Positions 25,743 through 34,541 are shown, counted from the stretch's first letter. The stretch: 48,284 nucleotides of DNA from an uncultured Halobacteriales archaeon (GCA_964628745.1 CAZVOR010000002.1:1-48284); one strand, 5' to 3'. Notes: generated by a model from the letters alone, not told the origin. Made by a program: numbers and translations.

Positions 25743-27134
25743 ATGTCAGGCAACGAGCCGCCAGAAGCCGAGGGGCGCGCCCACCCGAACCATCCGAACG
25801 TCGACCAGTCGGACCGAATCGTCCCGCGGAACCTGCGCCAGTCTGGCGACCCGGGCATCCAGATGCTCGTCTCGACCCGGGTCCGCAAGTCCCCGTTCTT
25901 CCACAAGTCCTTCGTGGAGAACGAGGCCTGGCGGTGCACGGTCTACAACCGCATCTACCACCCGCGGGGGTTCGTCAAGCCCGAGGACGGCGGGGCGATG
26001 GCCGAGTACGACCCGCTGGTCAACAAGGTGACCATCTGGGACGTCGCCGTCGAGCGCCAGATCCGCGTCGCGGGGCCCGACGCCGAGGACCTGGTGAACT
26101 ACGTCATCACCCGCGACGCCACCGACATCGAGCCGATGCACGGCCGGTACGTCATCCTCTGTAACGAGCGGGGTGGCATCCTCAACGACCCCATCCTGCT
26201 GCGGCCCTCCGAGGACGAGTTCTGGTTCTCCATCTCCGACTCCACGCTGATGCAGTGGCTGCAGGGCGTCAACGTCGGCATGGACTTCGACGTGGAGATA
26301 GACGAGATCGACGTCGCGCCGATGCAGATCCAGGGCCCGCTGTCCGAGGACGTCATGGTCGACGTGGTGGGCGAGGCGGTCAGCGAGATCCCCTACTACG
26401 GGCTGATGGAGGCCGAGATCGACGGCTGCGAGGTGCTCGTCAGCCAGACCGGCTTCTCGGGCGAGAAGGGCTTCGAGATCTACGTCATCGACGCGATGGA
26501 GAACGCCGAGCGGGTCTGGGACCCGGTCCACGAGAAGGTGGTCGAGTACGGCGGGATGCAGATCGCCCCCGGTCACCACCGGCGCATCGCCGCCGGCATC
26601 CTCTCGTGGGGCCAGGACATGGACCACGAGACCTCCCCGTTCCAGGTCAACCTCGGCTACCAGGTGCCCGACGACAAGGACGCCGACTACGTCGGCAAGG
26701 AGGCGCTCGAGGCCCAGCAGGAGCGCATCGAGGACGGCGAGTACCCGTTCGTCCACAAGCTCGTCGGCCTGAAGTTCGCCGGCGCGCCGGTCACCGACTA
26801 CGCGCCGGACTTCTGGCTCGTCTCCGACCCGGAGACGGGCGAGGAGTGCGGCTACATGACCTCCCCGTGGTACAACCCCGACCTCGACACCAACATCGGG
26901 CTGGCGTTCGTGCCGGCGGCGAAGCTGCAGGCCGCGACGGACGCGCCGCTCGACGACGACGTCTTCGACGAGGAGCTCGACCTCGAGTTCGCGGTCCACC
27001 TGCCCGACGAGTACGCCGAGGCGCCCGGCGAGCCCGTCTACGCCACCGTGTCCAAGGTGCCGTTCAAGGAGTCCGTCAACCCGAGCGCCCGCGAGCAGGC
27101 CAAGCTCCACGCCAGGGACGAGGCGAACGAGTAG
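25743..27134 (+). CDS. Aminomethyltransferase-fold (GcvT family) enzyme of the DmdA-like demethylase type, and a candidate THF-dependent N- or S-demethylase
   Basis: 463 aa. The segments SPFFHKSFVENEAWRCTVYNRIYHP and IWDVAVERQIRVAGPDAEDLVNYVITRD correspond to the GcvT pattern D.S....I.V.GPDA..FL. The segment SQTGFSGEKGFEIYV corresponds to the GcvT pattern TGYTGE.GFEI. From memory, it resembles the DMSP demethylase DmdA more than the canonical glycine-cleavage T protein. A TTAT box at 25713-25716 lies about 28 nt upstream. Confidence 0.85.
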   Translation: MSGNEPPEAEGRAHPNHPNVDQSDRIVPRNLRQSGDPGIQMLVSTRVRKSPFFHKSFVENEAWRCTVYNRIYHPRGFVKPEDGGAMAEYDPLVNKVTIWDVAVERQIRVAGPDAEDLVNYVITRDATDIEPMHGRYVILCNERGGILNDPILLRPSEDEFWFSISDSTLMQWLQGVNVGMDFDVEIDEIDVAPMQIQGPLSEDVMVDVVGEAVSEIPYYGLMEAEIDGCEVLVSQTGFSGEKGFEIYVIDAMENAERVWDPVHEKVVEYGGMQIAPGHHRRIAAGILSWGQDMDHETSPFQVNLGYQVPDDKDADYVGKEALEAQQERIEDGEYPFVHKLVGLKFAGAPVTDYAPDFWLVSDPETGEECGYMTSPWYNPDLDTNIGLAFVPAAKLQAATDAPLDDDVFDEELDLEFAVHLPDEYAEAPGEPVYATVSKVPFKESVNPSAREQAKLHARDEANE

Positions 27135-27289
27135 CGCGGCGACGGTTCCGGAGCCGTACCAGTGCGGTCGGACCCGCCGGGCGGTGAACTGGCCGTCGTG
27201 CGACGTCGGAGCGGTGCTGGCGGTGGGTCGTCGTGGGCGAACGAAACGATGCAGCCGTAGCGCTGTCGGGAGAGCAGCCCCCGGGGCTG

Positions 27290-27736
27290 CTACTTCGCGG
27301 GGACGGGCATCGCGTCGAGCTGCTCGAGGAGCGCGAGATTGTCGGACTCGAGCCACCGTTCGACGATCTGCTCGTCTTCGATGCGGTAGAACGCCATGTT
27401 GGAGCCCGAGACACGGTTGCCGGTGGGTTCGATCCCGCCGAATCGGCCCTCGTGGGTTCCCTCGAACGTGAACCGAACCGCCACCTCGTCCCCCTCGGCG
27501 ATCATGTCGTCTATCGTCACCGTCGCGTCGGGGAACGCCTCGTGGGCGACCTGGACGTGGCGTCGGAACCCTTCGAACCCCCGCGCCTCCTCGGCGGTCA
27601 GCGTCTCGTCCGACAGCGGGTCGTGGTTGACGACGTCTTCCGCGATCAGCTCCTCGAGGAGGTCCATCCGCTCCTCGTTGAACGCCTCCTCGTAGTATCG
27701 GCGCACTATCTCCTTGTTCTCGGCTGGTGAGGTCAT
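27290..27736 (-). CDS. SnoaL-like / ester cyclase (NTF2-fold) protein
   Basis: I prefer ATG 27736 (MTSPAENKEIVRRYYEEAFNE...) over 27766 because the GCTTAT box at 27769-27774 lies about 35 nt upstream of it. The NKEIVRRYYEEAFN opening and ...F.G.H.G.F.GI.PTGN.V is the classic pattern for this family. Confidence 0.8.
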   Translation of the reverse strand: MTSPAENKEIVRRYYEEAFNEERMDLLEELIAEDVVNHDPLSDETLTAEEARGFEGFRRHVQVAHEAFPDATVTIDDMIAEGDEVAVRFTFEGTHEGRFGGIEPTGNRVSGSNMAFYRIEDEQIVERWLESDNLALLEQLDAMPVPAK

Positions 27737-27886
27737 GGGTCTGTCCGCGCTCTGTACGCGCTCCATTGGGATAAGCTAGCAATCACCAATGCTATCACGG
27801 GTGCCGGGACGCCCCGGCGTCCGACGACGGTGTTCGCTCGCGAGGCCGCGACGTGGCTGGAAGGACGGCCCGCGAGACCCACCACG

Positions 27887-28750
27887 TCACTCCTCGAGCC
27901 GTCCCAGCCGCCAGTCCTCGGTGTCGGGCACCTGGTTGAACGTGTAGATGTGCACGCCGGCGATGCAGTACTCGGGGTCGTCGGCGTACGGCGCGAGGCC
28001 GTTGACGAGCTCGTCGGGCTTGTACTGGCCCCGGGAGCCCACCAGCTGGCGGACGAAGCCGAGGACGCCGGACGTCTTCCGCAGGAACTTGACCGAGTCA
28101 CCGACGCCGACCTTCTGGGAGATGCCGAGCAGGCGCTGGTACTTCAGCACGCCGGGGATGCCGACCTCGACGGGGAGGTCTACCCCCCGGTCCCGTCGGA
28201 TCGTCTCGAGCCAGCCCACGACGGCGGCCGGGTCGTAACACAGCTGCGTGACGATGTAGGTAGCGTACGGCGCCTTCTTGGCCATCGCCTCCTCGAGCGT
28301 CGCCTCGGAGAGGAACTCGTGGCCCTCGGGGTAGCCGGTGATGCCGACCTCGTCGAACGCGTAGCCGAGGTCGTCGAGGGTCGAGAGCAGGTCGTAGGCC
28401 GACTCGAACTCGCCGGCCGGCTCCTCGCGGTCGCCGCCGGGGACGAAGAGGTCCGTGACGCCGGCGTTGACGAGCCGGTCGGCGACGGACGAGAGGTGCT
28501 CCTCGTCCCGCACGTACCGCGCCGCGACGTGGGGGATCACCTCGTACCCCTCGGCCGACGCTCGCTCCGTCCACTCGAGGGTCGCCTCGAGGCCGAGCGT
28601 CGGCGAGGTGGTGATGGCGATCGCCGCGCCGTCGGGGAGGTGGCCCATCTGCTCGCCGAAGCTGTCGAACGGCATCAGCTCGAATCTCGGCTCGGCGAGC
28701 AGCGCGCGCACTCCGGCGTCCGTCGAGGCCGACCGCGTTCCGCGTGCCAT
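27887..28750 (-). CDS. metF: 5,10-methylenetetrahydrofolate reductase (MetF/MTHFR family)
   Basis: 287 aa. The segments FELMPF...IAITTSPTLG, VIPHVAARYV, DLFVPGGDRE, ITGYPEGH, ATYIVTQLCYD and GIPGVL are consistent with the MTHFR TIM barrel. Confidence 0.88.
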   Translation of the reverse strand: MARGTRSASTDAGVRALLAEPRFELMPFDSFGEQMGHLPDGAAIAITTSPTLGLEATLEWTERASAEGYEVIPHVAARYVRDEEHLSSVADRLVNAGVTDLFVPGGDREEPAGEFESAYDLLSTLDDLGYAFDEVGITGYPEGHEFLSEATLEEAMAKKAPYATYIVTQLCYDPAAVVGWLETIRRDRGVDLPVEVGIPGVLKYQRLLGISQKVGVGDSVKFLRKTSGVLGFVRQLVGSRGQYKPDELVNGLAPYADDPEYCIAGVHIYTFNQVPDTEDWRLGRLEE

Positions 28751-29088
28751 GGCGTGGTCCCGTGCGCCGAGCGAGGCGACCCCCGGTCACGGCTCTTTCG
28801 GAATCCGCCCGCGGACCGGACGGAGCCCCCCCGGCCCGTGGATTGATTACCTCTCCCGGGTACCGTTCGCCCGACGCCGGCGGCCGCGGGGCACCACCCC
28901 GGTCGAGAGGGCCGCCCGGGGGTCCGCCGGACCCGGGGGACGAACGACCATGACAACGACGCACGTCGGAACGGCGGGGAAATGACGCCGCAGGACGGCC
29001 GGACGGACGGGAACGTCGGCAGGGCCGCGAACGCCATCACGGCCGCGACCGCAGACGCGGCGGCCGTCCCGACCCGGAGGGCCGCCCC

Positions 29089-29982
29089 GTGACGCGCGTC
29101 CTGGACGGCAACGAGATCGGCGGCCGGATCCGCGACGAGCTCCGGGCGTGCCTCGACGAGCTCGGGGACGCCGGCGTCCGGCCGGGGCTGGCCACGGTGC
29201 TGATGAGCGACGACCCCGCCAGCGAGACCTACGTCTCGATGAAGCAGCGCGCGTGCGAGGAGCTCGGCATCGAGAGCGTCCACCGCGAGCTGGAGCCGGA
29301 CGCCCCCGCGTCGGCGCTGTTCGAGGCCGTCGAATCCCTGAACGCCGACGACGGGGTCCACGGCATCCTCGTCCAGATGCCCGTCCCCGACCACGTGGAC
29401 GAGCGCGAGGTCCTGCGGAGCATCGACCCCGCGAAGGACGTCGACGGCTTCCATCCCGAGAACGTCGGCCGGCTCGTCGCGGGCGAGCCGCGCTTCAAGC
29501 CGTGCACGCCCCACGGCGTCCAGAGGCTGCTGGCGGCCGCGGACGTCGAGACCGAGGGGGCCGAGGCCGTCGTCGTCGGCCGGTCCGACATCGTCGGCAA
29601 GCCGATGGCGAACCTCCTCGTCCAGAAGGCGCCGGGGGGCAATGCGACGACGACGGTCTGTCACTCGCGGACGGCCGACCTGGCCGAGCACACCCGGCGG
29701 GCCGACGTCCTGATCGCCGCGGCCGGCCGCCCGGAGCTCATCGACGGCTCGATGATCGCCGAGGGCGCGGCGGTCGTCGACGTGGGCGTCAACCGGGTCG
29801 ACGCGGACACCGAGAAGGGCTACGAGCTCGTCGGCGACGTCGAGTTCGAGAGCGCCAGGGAGAGGGCCGCCGTCATCACCCCCGTGCCGGGGGGCGTCGG
29901 CCCGATGACCATCACCATGCTCATGTACAACACGGTGAAGGCCGCCGGCCTGCAGGCGGGCGTTCTCCTCGACCTGCCATGA
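29089..29982 (+). CDS. folD: Bifunctional 5,10-methylene-THF dehydrogenase / methenyl-THF cyclohydrolase, paralogue 2 (canonical motifs)
   Basis: The start is GTG at 29089 (VTRVLDGNEIG...). The motifs are SETYVSMKQRACEE, VQMPVP, DPAKDVDGFHPENVG, VVGRSDIVGKPMANLL, TVCHSRT and TPVPGGVGPMT. Confidence 0.92.
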   Translation: MTRVLDGNEIGGRIRDELRACLDELGDAGVRPGLATVLMSDDPASETYVSMKQRACEELGIESVHRELEPDAPASALFEAVESLNADDGVHGILVQMPVPDHVDEREVLRSIDPAKDVDGFHPENVGRLVAGEPRFKPCTPHGVQRLLAAADVETEGAEAVVVGRSDIVGKPMANLLVQKAPGGNATTTVCHSRTADLAEHTRRADVLIAAAGRPELIDGSMIAEGAAVVDVGVNRVDADTEKGYELVGDVEFESARERAAVITPVPGGVGPMTITMLMYNTVKAAGLQAGVLLDLP

Positions 29983-31241
29983 GCCCGGACGGGACGCCGG
30001 CCGTCGGGTTCGCCGACGTCGAGGCCGCGCTCGAACGGCTCGACGACGACACGGTGGTCAAGCGGACGCCCGTCGAGCGGAGCACCTCGCTCGAGGCGCT
30101 CTCGGGCGCGGCGGCGGTGCACCTGAAGCTCGAGCACCTCCAGTGGACGGGGTCGTTCAAGCCCCGCGGGGCCTACAACCGGATCCGGGCCGCCCTCGAG
30201 GACGGGCCGGTCGACCGGGTCATCGCCGCGAGCGCCGGCAACCACGCCCAGGGCGTGTCGCTCGCGGCGACGAAGCTCGGCGTGGACGCGACCGTCATCA
30301 TGCCGCGGAACGCCCCGCAGGCGAAGATCGACGCCACCCGGAGCTACGGGGCGTCGGTCGACCTCGTCGGCCAGGACTTCCAGGCGGCGATGCGCCACGC
30401 GAAGGAGCTGGCGGCCGGCTCCGACGCGCTGTTCGTCCACGCGTTCGACGACCCGGCCATCGTCGCCGGGCAGGGCACCCTCGGCGTGGAGCTGTACGAG
30501 GACCGCCCCGCGGTCGACACCGTCGTCGTCCCGGTCGGCGGGGGCGGGCTCGTCGGCGGCATCGGGGTGGCGCTCGGGGAGCTCAGCCCGGAGACGCGAC
30601 TCGTCGGCGTCCAGGCCGAGGCCGCGGCGACGGTCCCCGAGAGCCTCGCCACGGGGACGCCGCAGACCCTGGCGTCGGTCGACACCGTCGCCGACGGCAT
30701 CGCGACGGGGGGCATCTCCGAGCTGACGCTCTCGCTCATCGAGCGGTACGTCGACGAGGTCGTCACCGTCAGCGACGCCGCGGTCGCCGAGGCCATCCTC
30801 CTGCTGATGGAGCGGGGAAAGCAGGTCGTCGAGGGCGGCGGCGCGGCGCCGGTCGCCGCCATCCTGGACGACGACCTGGACGTCGCGGGCGAGACGGTGA
30901 TGCCCGTGATAAGCGGCGGGAACCTCGACATGACGACCCTCCAGGCCGTGCTGGTCAACGCCCTGACCCAGCGAAAGCAGATCCTGCACCTCCGCGTGCA
31001 CATCAACGACCGGCCGGGGCGGATGGCGGAGATCTCCGGCGCCATCGCGAACCACGGGGCGAACATCCAGACGGTCCGCCACGACCGGGCGCTCGAGGAC
31101 CTCGACGTCGGCGAGGCGTACCTCACCTTCCAGCTCGAGACCAGCGGGATCGAACACGCCGAGCGCATCATCGAGTCCGTCACCGAGCTGGGCTACGAGG
31201 TCGACGTGGTCACGGCGGGCCGGGCCGGTCGAGCCGGGTAG
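29979..31241 (+). CDS. PLP-dependent threonine/serine ammonia-lyase (IlvA/TdcB type) with a C-terminal ACT-like domain
   Basis: Internal ATG of track ORF 29148..31241 (MSPDGTPAVGFADVEAA...). ATG 29979 overlaps the folD stop (ATGA, 29979-29982). The PLP lysine motif is TGSFKPRGA. AGNHAQGV and the Gly loop VPVGGGGL are present. The C-terminal segment LHLRVHINDRPGRMAEISG looks regulatory. Confidence 0.9.
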   Translation: MSPDGTPAVGFADVEAALERLDDDTVVKRTPVERSTSLEALSGAAAVHLKLEHLQWTGSFKPRGAYNRIRAALEDGPVDRVIAASAGNHAQGVSLAATKLGVDATVIMPRNAPQAKIDATRSYGASVDLVGQDFQAAMRHAKELAAGSDALFVHAFDDPAIVAGQGTLGVELYEDRPAVDTVVVPVGGGGLVGGIGVALGELSPETRLVGVQAEAAATVPESLATGTPQTLASVDTVADGIATGGISELTLSLIERYVDEVVTVSDAAVAEAILLLMERGKQVVEGGGAAPVAAILDDDLDVAGETVMPVISGGNLDMTTLQAVLVNALTQRKQILHLRVHINDRPGRMAEISGAIANHGANIQTVRHDRALEDLDVGEAYLTFQLETSGIEHAERIIESVTELGYEVDVVTAGRAGRAG

Positions 31242-31368
31242 CCGGCGACCGGGCGTCGCGAACCGGAGGCTCCCTGACAGTATCCGGTCAACAGGTTCGA
31301 ACGCGTGAACGGCCTCCCCCGCCGCTCGCTCCGGTTGGCGGGGGAACGTCTAACCGACCCGACACAAA

Positions 31369-31378
31369 CATTTATACC
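31369..31378 (+). promoter_or_regulatory. TATA-like box (CATTTATACC) far upstream of the BCCT gene
   Basis: This is the only markedly AT-rich patch in the 515-bp intergenic region. An SD-like AGGAGG follows at 31397-31402. The BCCT ATG lies about 380 nt downstream. Confidence 0.35.
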
Positions 31379-31756
31379 ACAACTTCAACAAAGTTCAGGA
31401 GGATTCGCCGTATGGCAGCCGATGACAGAGAAGTTCCTCGTTCACGCAGGGGGACGGCGGGGCGTCGAGACAGGGAATCCACCGGTCCGGTGGACGGAAG
31501 CAGTGTGGACCGGGCCGGTCGACGTGACGGCGGGCGGAGAGACGAACGAGGAGGGAGCCAACCCGCCGGACGGCGGCGTCGTCAGGCCGCCGCGCCGGCG
31601 CGGGGCGATGGCAGTCTGCCGGGCTCCCGGGGGAAGCAGCGCGGGGCGACGGACGAGCGGTGGACGGTCGCGAACCGATACCACGATACCAATGAGCGAA
31701 TCACCTGACTATCGGCCGAGGGGTAACGAGGGGACGGAAACGACGGAGGGGAACCC

Positions 31757-33529
31757 ATGACAGACGGACAAGCGGACCAGACGGTCGGTGAAACGTCGGA
31801 GGGGCTCCAGGTGGAGCTGTTCCATCCGGAGTCGGAGCGGAAGCCGGGGGACACGAACATCGAGCGGTTCGGGTTCGACGTCCACCCGGTCGTCTTCCCG
31901 CTCGCCGCGTTGATGATCGTGCTGTTCGTCGCGGCGACCATCCTGCTTGGCGAGGGGGCGGCGGAGGTGTACAGCGGCATCTTCGACTTCATCAACGTCT
32001 ACTTCGGCTGGTTCTACGTCCTCGCGGTGAACGTGTTCATCGGCGCGCTGCTCTTTTTCGCCTTCAGCAAGTACGGCAAGATTCGGATCGGCGGCGTCGA
32101 GGCGGAGACCGAGTTCAGCACGTTCGCGTGGGTCGCCATGCTGTTCTCCGCTGGCATGGGGATCGGCCTGATGTTCTGGAGCGTCGCCGAGCCGATGTGG
32201 CACCTCGGCAGCGGCGGCGGGAACCTCTTCCCGGCCGAACCGATGTCCGGGGCCGGCGCCCAGGCCGCCATGGGCGTCACCTTCTTCCACTGGGGCTTTC
32301 ACCCGTGGGCGATCTACGGCCTGGTCGCCCTGGGGCTCGCCTTCTTCTCCTTCAACCGCGGGCTGCCGCTGACCTTCCGGTCGGTGTTCTACCCGCTGCT
32401 GGGTGACCGCATCTACGGCTGGCCGGGACACGTCATCGACCTGGTGACGGTCTTCGCGACGATCTTCGGGCTGGGCACGTCGCTGGGCCTCGGGGCCCAG
32501 CAGATAAACGCCGGGCTCGGCCTCACGACGGAGACCCTGACGGGCGCGAACCTGCTCCCGCAGGGGACCGGGTCGCAGGTGGCGATCATCGCGGTCATCA
32601 CCGCCATCGCGACCATCTCCGTCGCGGCCGGCCTGCAGCGCGGGGTCAAGCGTCTGAGCACGATCAACGTCTACATCATGTTGATCTTCCTGGCGTTCAT
32701 CCTCGTCGTCGGCCCGACGCTGAACCTGCTCGACGGCATCGTCCAGAACGTCGGCTTCTACCTGCAGAACCTGCTGTACATGTCCTTTTTCACCGAGAGC
32801 TTCCTCGGCGAGGGCGTGACGGGCGGTTACGAGAACTGGGCGCACTTCTGGACGGTGTTCTACTGGGGCTGGTGGATCGCGTGGTCGCCGTTCGTCGGCC
32901 TGTTCATCGCCCGCATCTCGAAGGGGCGGACCATCCGGCAGATGGTGCTGGGCGTGCTGCTGCTGCCGACGGCGTTCTCGTTCGTGTGGCTCGGCGCCTT
33001 CGGCGGCGCGGGCATCTACGCCCAGCAGGTGCTCGGCTCGGACATCTACACGGTCACCACGGAGACGGGGACCGCGTACGCCATGTTCGCGATGCTCGAG
33101 AGCTTCCCCCTGACGACGCTCACGTCGCTCGTCGCCGTGCTCCTGGTCACGACGTTCTTCGTGACGTCCTCCGACTCGGGGTCGCTGGTCATCGACCACC
33201 TGACCTCCGGCGGCAAGCACGACGTCCCGCGGACCCAGCGCATCTTCTGGGCGGTCACCGAGGGCGCCGTCGCGGCCGCGCTCCTGGTCGGCGGCGGACT
33301 CGAGGCGCTACAGACGGCGTCGATCACCACCGGCCTGCCGTTCGCCGCCATCCTGCTGCTGATGGTGTACACGGTCTACCTGGGGCTCTCGCGCGAGTAC
33401 GAGATCCTGCAGTCCGAGGAGTTCCGCGAGCGCATCGGCGAGATCAGCGAGCGGGGTGACGCCGAAGTCACCACCACCGGCGGCGACGTCGTCACCGGCG
33501 TGCGGGAAGGCACCGACCCGAGCGACTGA
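31757..33529 (+). CDS. BCCT-family (betaine/carnitine/choline) transporter, canonical motifs
   Basis: 590 aa and about 12 TM. The motifs are KIRIGG...EFSTFAWVAMLFSAGMGIGLMFWSVAEP and the Trp box WTVFYWGWWIAWSPFVGLFIARISKGRTIRQ. It has an acidic C-terminal tail. Confidence 0.92.
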   Translation: MTDGQADQTVGETSEGLQVELFHPESERKPGDTNIERFGFDVHPVVFPLAALMIVLFVAATILLGEGAAEVYSGIFDFINVYFGWFYVLAVNVFIGALLFFAFSKYGKIRIGGVEAETEFSTFAWVAMLFSAGMGIGLMFWSVAEPMWHLGSGGGNLFPAEPMSGAGAQAAMGVTFFHWGFHPWAIYGLVALGLAFFSFNRGLPLTFRSVFYPLLGDRIYGWPGHVIDLVTVFATIFGLGTSLGLGAQQINAGLGLTTETLTGANLLPQGTGSQVAIIAVITAIATISVAAGLQRGVKRLSTINVYIMLIFLAFILVVGPTLNLLDGIVQNVGFYLQNLLYMSFFTESFLGEGVTGGYENWAHFWTVFYWGWWIAWSPFVGLFIARISKGRTIRQMVLGVLLLPTAFSFVWLGAFGGAGIYAQQVLGSDIYTVTTETGTAYAMFAMLESFPLTTLTSLVAVLLVTTFFVTSSDSGSLVIDHLTSGGKHDVPRTQRIFWAVTEGAVAAALLVGGGLEALQTASITTGLPFAAILLLMVYTVYLGLSREYEILQSEEFRERIGEISERGDAEVTTTGGDVVTGVREGTDPSD

Positions 33530-33542
33530 CCGGCGGTCCCGC

Positions 33543-33551
33543 TTCTTTATT
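33543..33551 (+). terminator. T-rich putative terminator (TTCTTTATT) 14 nt after the BCCT stop
   Basis: Oligo-T tracts are the usual haloarchaeal termination signal. This is one of very few T-runs in the window. Confidence 0.3.
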
Positions 33552-33668
33552 CGCGTCCGGGCGGACAGCCGCTGGTGAGTGACCGGGATGGACGCCGGCC
33601 GGCGAGCCGACGGAACGGACGCCCGCCGGCGGGAGCCGCGGCCGGGTGGGCGGGGCCGCCGACGCCGC

Positions 33669-33890
33669 TCAGTAGTAGTCCCACTCGTCGTCCTGCCCGC
33701 CCTCGCGGACGCCGTCGTCGTCCTCCGGTCGGTCCTCGGGCCACTCGATGCCGCCGGTCAAGTGCTTGTAGGCGATGCCGCCCAGCGCGACGAGCATCAG
33801 CACGAGGACCAGCGTGCCGGCGAACCCGACCAGGTCGGGGACGAACTCGGGGAGGCCGAGCTGGAGCGCGGTCGTCGTGGTGAGCGCCAT
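33669..33890 (-). CDS. Small single-pass membrane protein with an acidic tail (73 aa)
   Basis: The sequence is MALTTTTALQLGLPEFVPDLVGFAGTLVLVLMLVALGGIAY...EDRPEDDDGVREGGQDDEWDYY. Codon third positions are nearly all G/C. Confidence 0.6.
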   Translation of the reverse strand: MALTTTTALQLGLPEFVPDLVGFAGTLVLVLMLVALGGIAYKHLTGGIEWPEDRPEDDDGVREGGQDDEWDYY

Positions 33891-33959
33891 GGGAGGCCTT
33901 GGGACGCCACACGATTGAGTGTTGCCCGTGCGGCGGCCGGACGGGAGGACGCGGCGGAA

Positions 33960-34541
33960 TCAGAGGTCGGCCTTCCACGTCGCGTGGAACCACCGACGGA
34001 CCGGCCCCCCGATGCCCATCGAGACCGCAGTCAGCCAGACGACGACCCCCACGAGCGGGTCGGAGACCGCCGCGCCGGCGGCGATGAGCCCCCCGGCGAC
34101 GAGGCCGGGCCATCGGCGCTGGACGCCGCCGAGCGCCACGAGGGCCGAGCCGACCACGGTGAAGCCGACCGCGCCGGCGGCCAGCCAGAGGGCGAGCCCG
34201 GCCACCACGCCCAGGACGCCGGGGTTCCCTCCGGCGACCGAGACCTGTCCGAGCTGGTTGGCCAGGTACAGCCCGCCGAAGGCGATGACGGCGTGGGCCA
34301 GCAGGCCGTAGCCCATCGAGGCCAGGGGTCGCGCGGTCGACGCCTCGACGGACCGGTCGACGAACGGCCCGTAGCGCCAGCAGACCATCCCGCCGAGAGA
34401 CACCACCGCCACGAACACGACCGCGGCACGCAGAGGGCCGGGAGCCTCGGCGACGGCGACGGGAACCGCCGTCGCGAGCGACGCCGCGGCGGGCGCGGGC
34501 CCGGCCAGCGCGGCGTCGCGCGTCAGCACGGCGACCAGCAC
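33960..34541 (-). CDS. Hypothetical polytopic membrane protein
   Basis: 193-aa ORF (GTG start) with 5-6 Gly/Ala/Val-rich hydrophobic segments. I recognise no family and the start is uncertain. Confidence 0.5.
   Translation of the reverse strand: MLVAVLTRDAALAGPAPAAASLATAVPVAVAEAPGPLRAAVVFVAVVSLGGMVCWRYGPFVDRSVEASTARPLASMGYGLLAHAVIAFGGLYLANQLGQVSVAGGNPGVLGVVAGLALWLAAGAVGFTVVGSALVALGGVQRRWPGLVAGGLIAAGAAVSDPLVGVVVWLTAVSMGIGGPVRRWFHATWKADL

Noticed and set aside
28982-29092. Upstream ORFs whose stops overlap downstream starts (28982-29092 before folD2 and 31305-31760 before the BCCT gene), considered as a possible general uORF-coupling mechanism.
   Set aside because: Any ATG or GTG followed by A creates a TGA in the +1 frame. 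Open frames run for hundreds of nt in this composition, so such overlaps are expected by chance. Only the 41276 uORF is retained as a finding, because it coincides with a predicted leaderless transcription start.
31535-31592. A glycine-riboswitch-like string (GGAGAG...CGAGGAGGGAGCCAA...CGUCAGGC) in the BCCT leader.
   Set aside because: It resembles only fragments of the GGAGAG / CCGAAGGGGCAA / CUCUCAGGCAAAAGGAC consensus. The P2 and P3 helices cannot be placed and the spacing is wrong. The resemblance is probably purine-rich GC noise. The leader as a whole is still reported.
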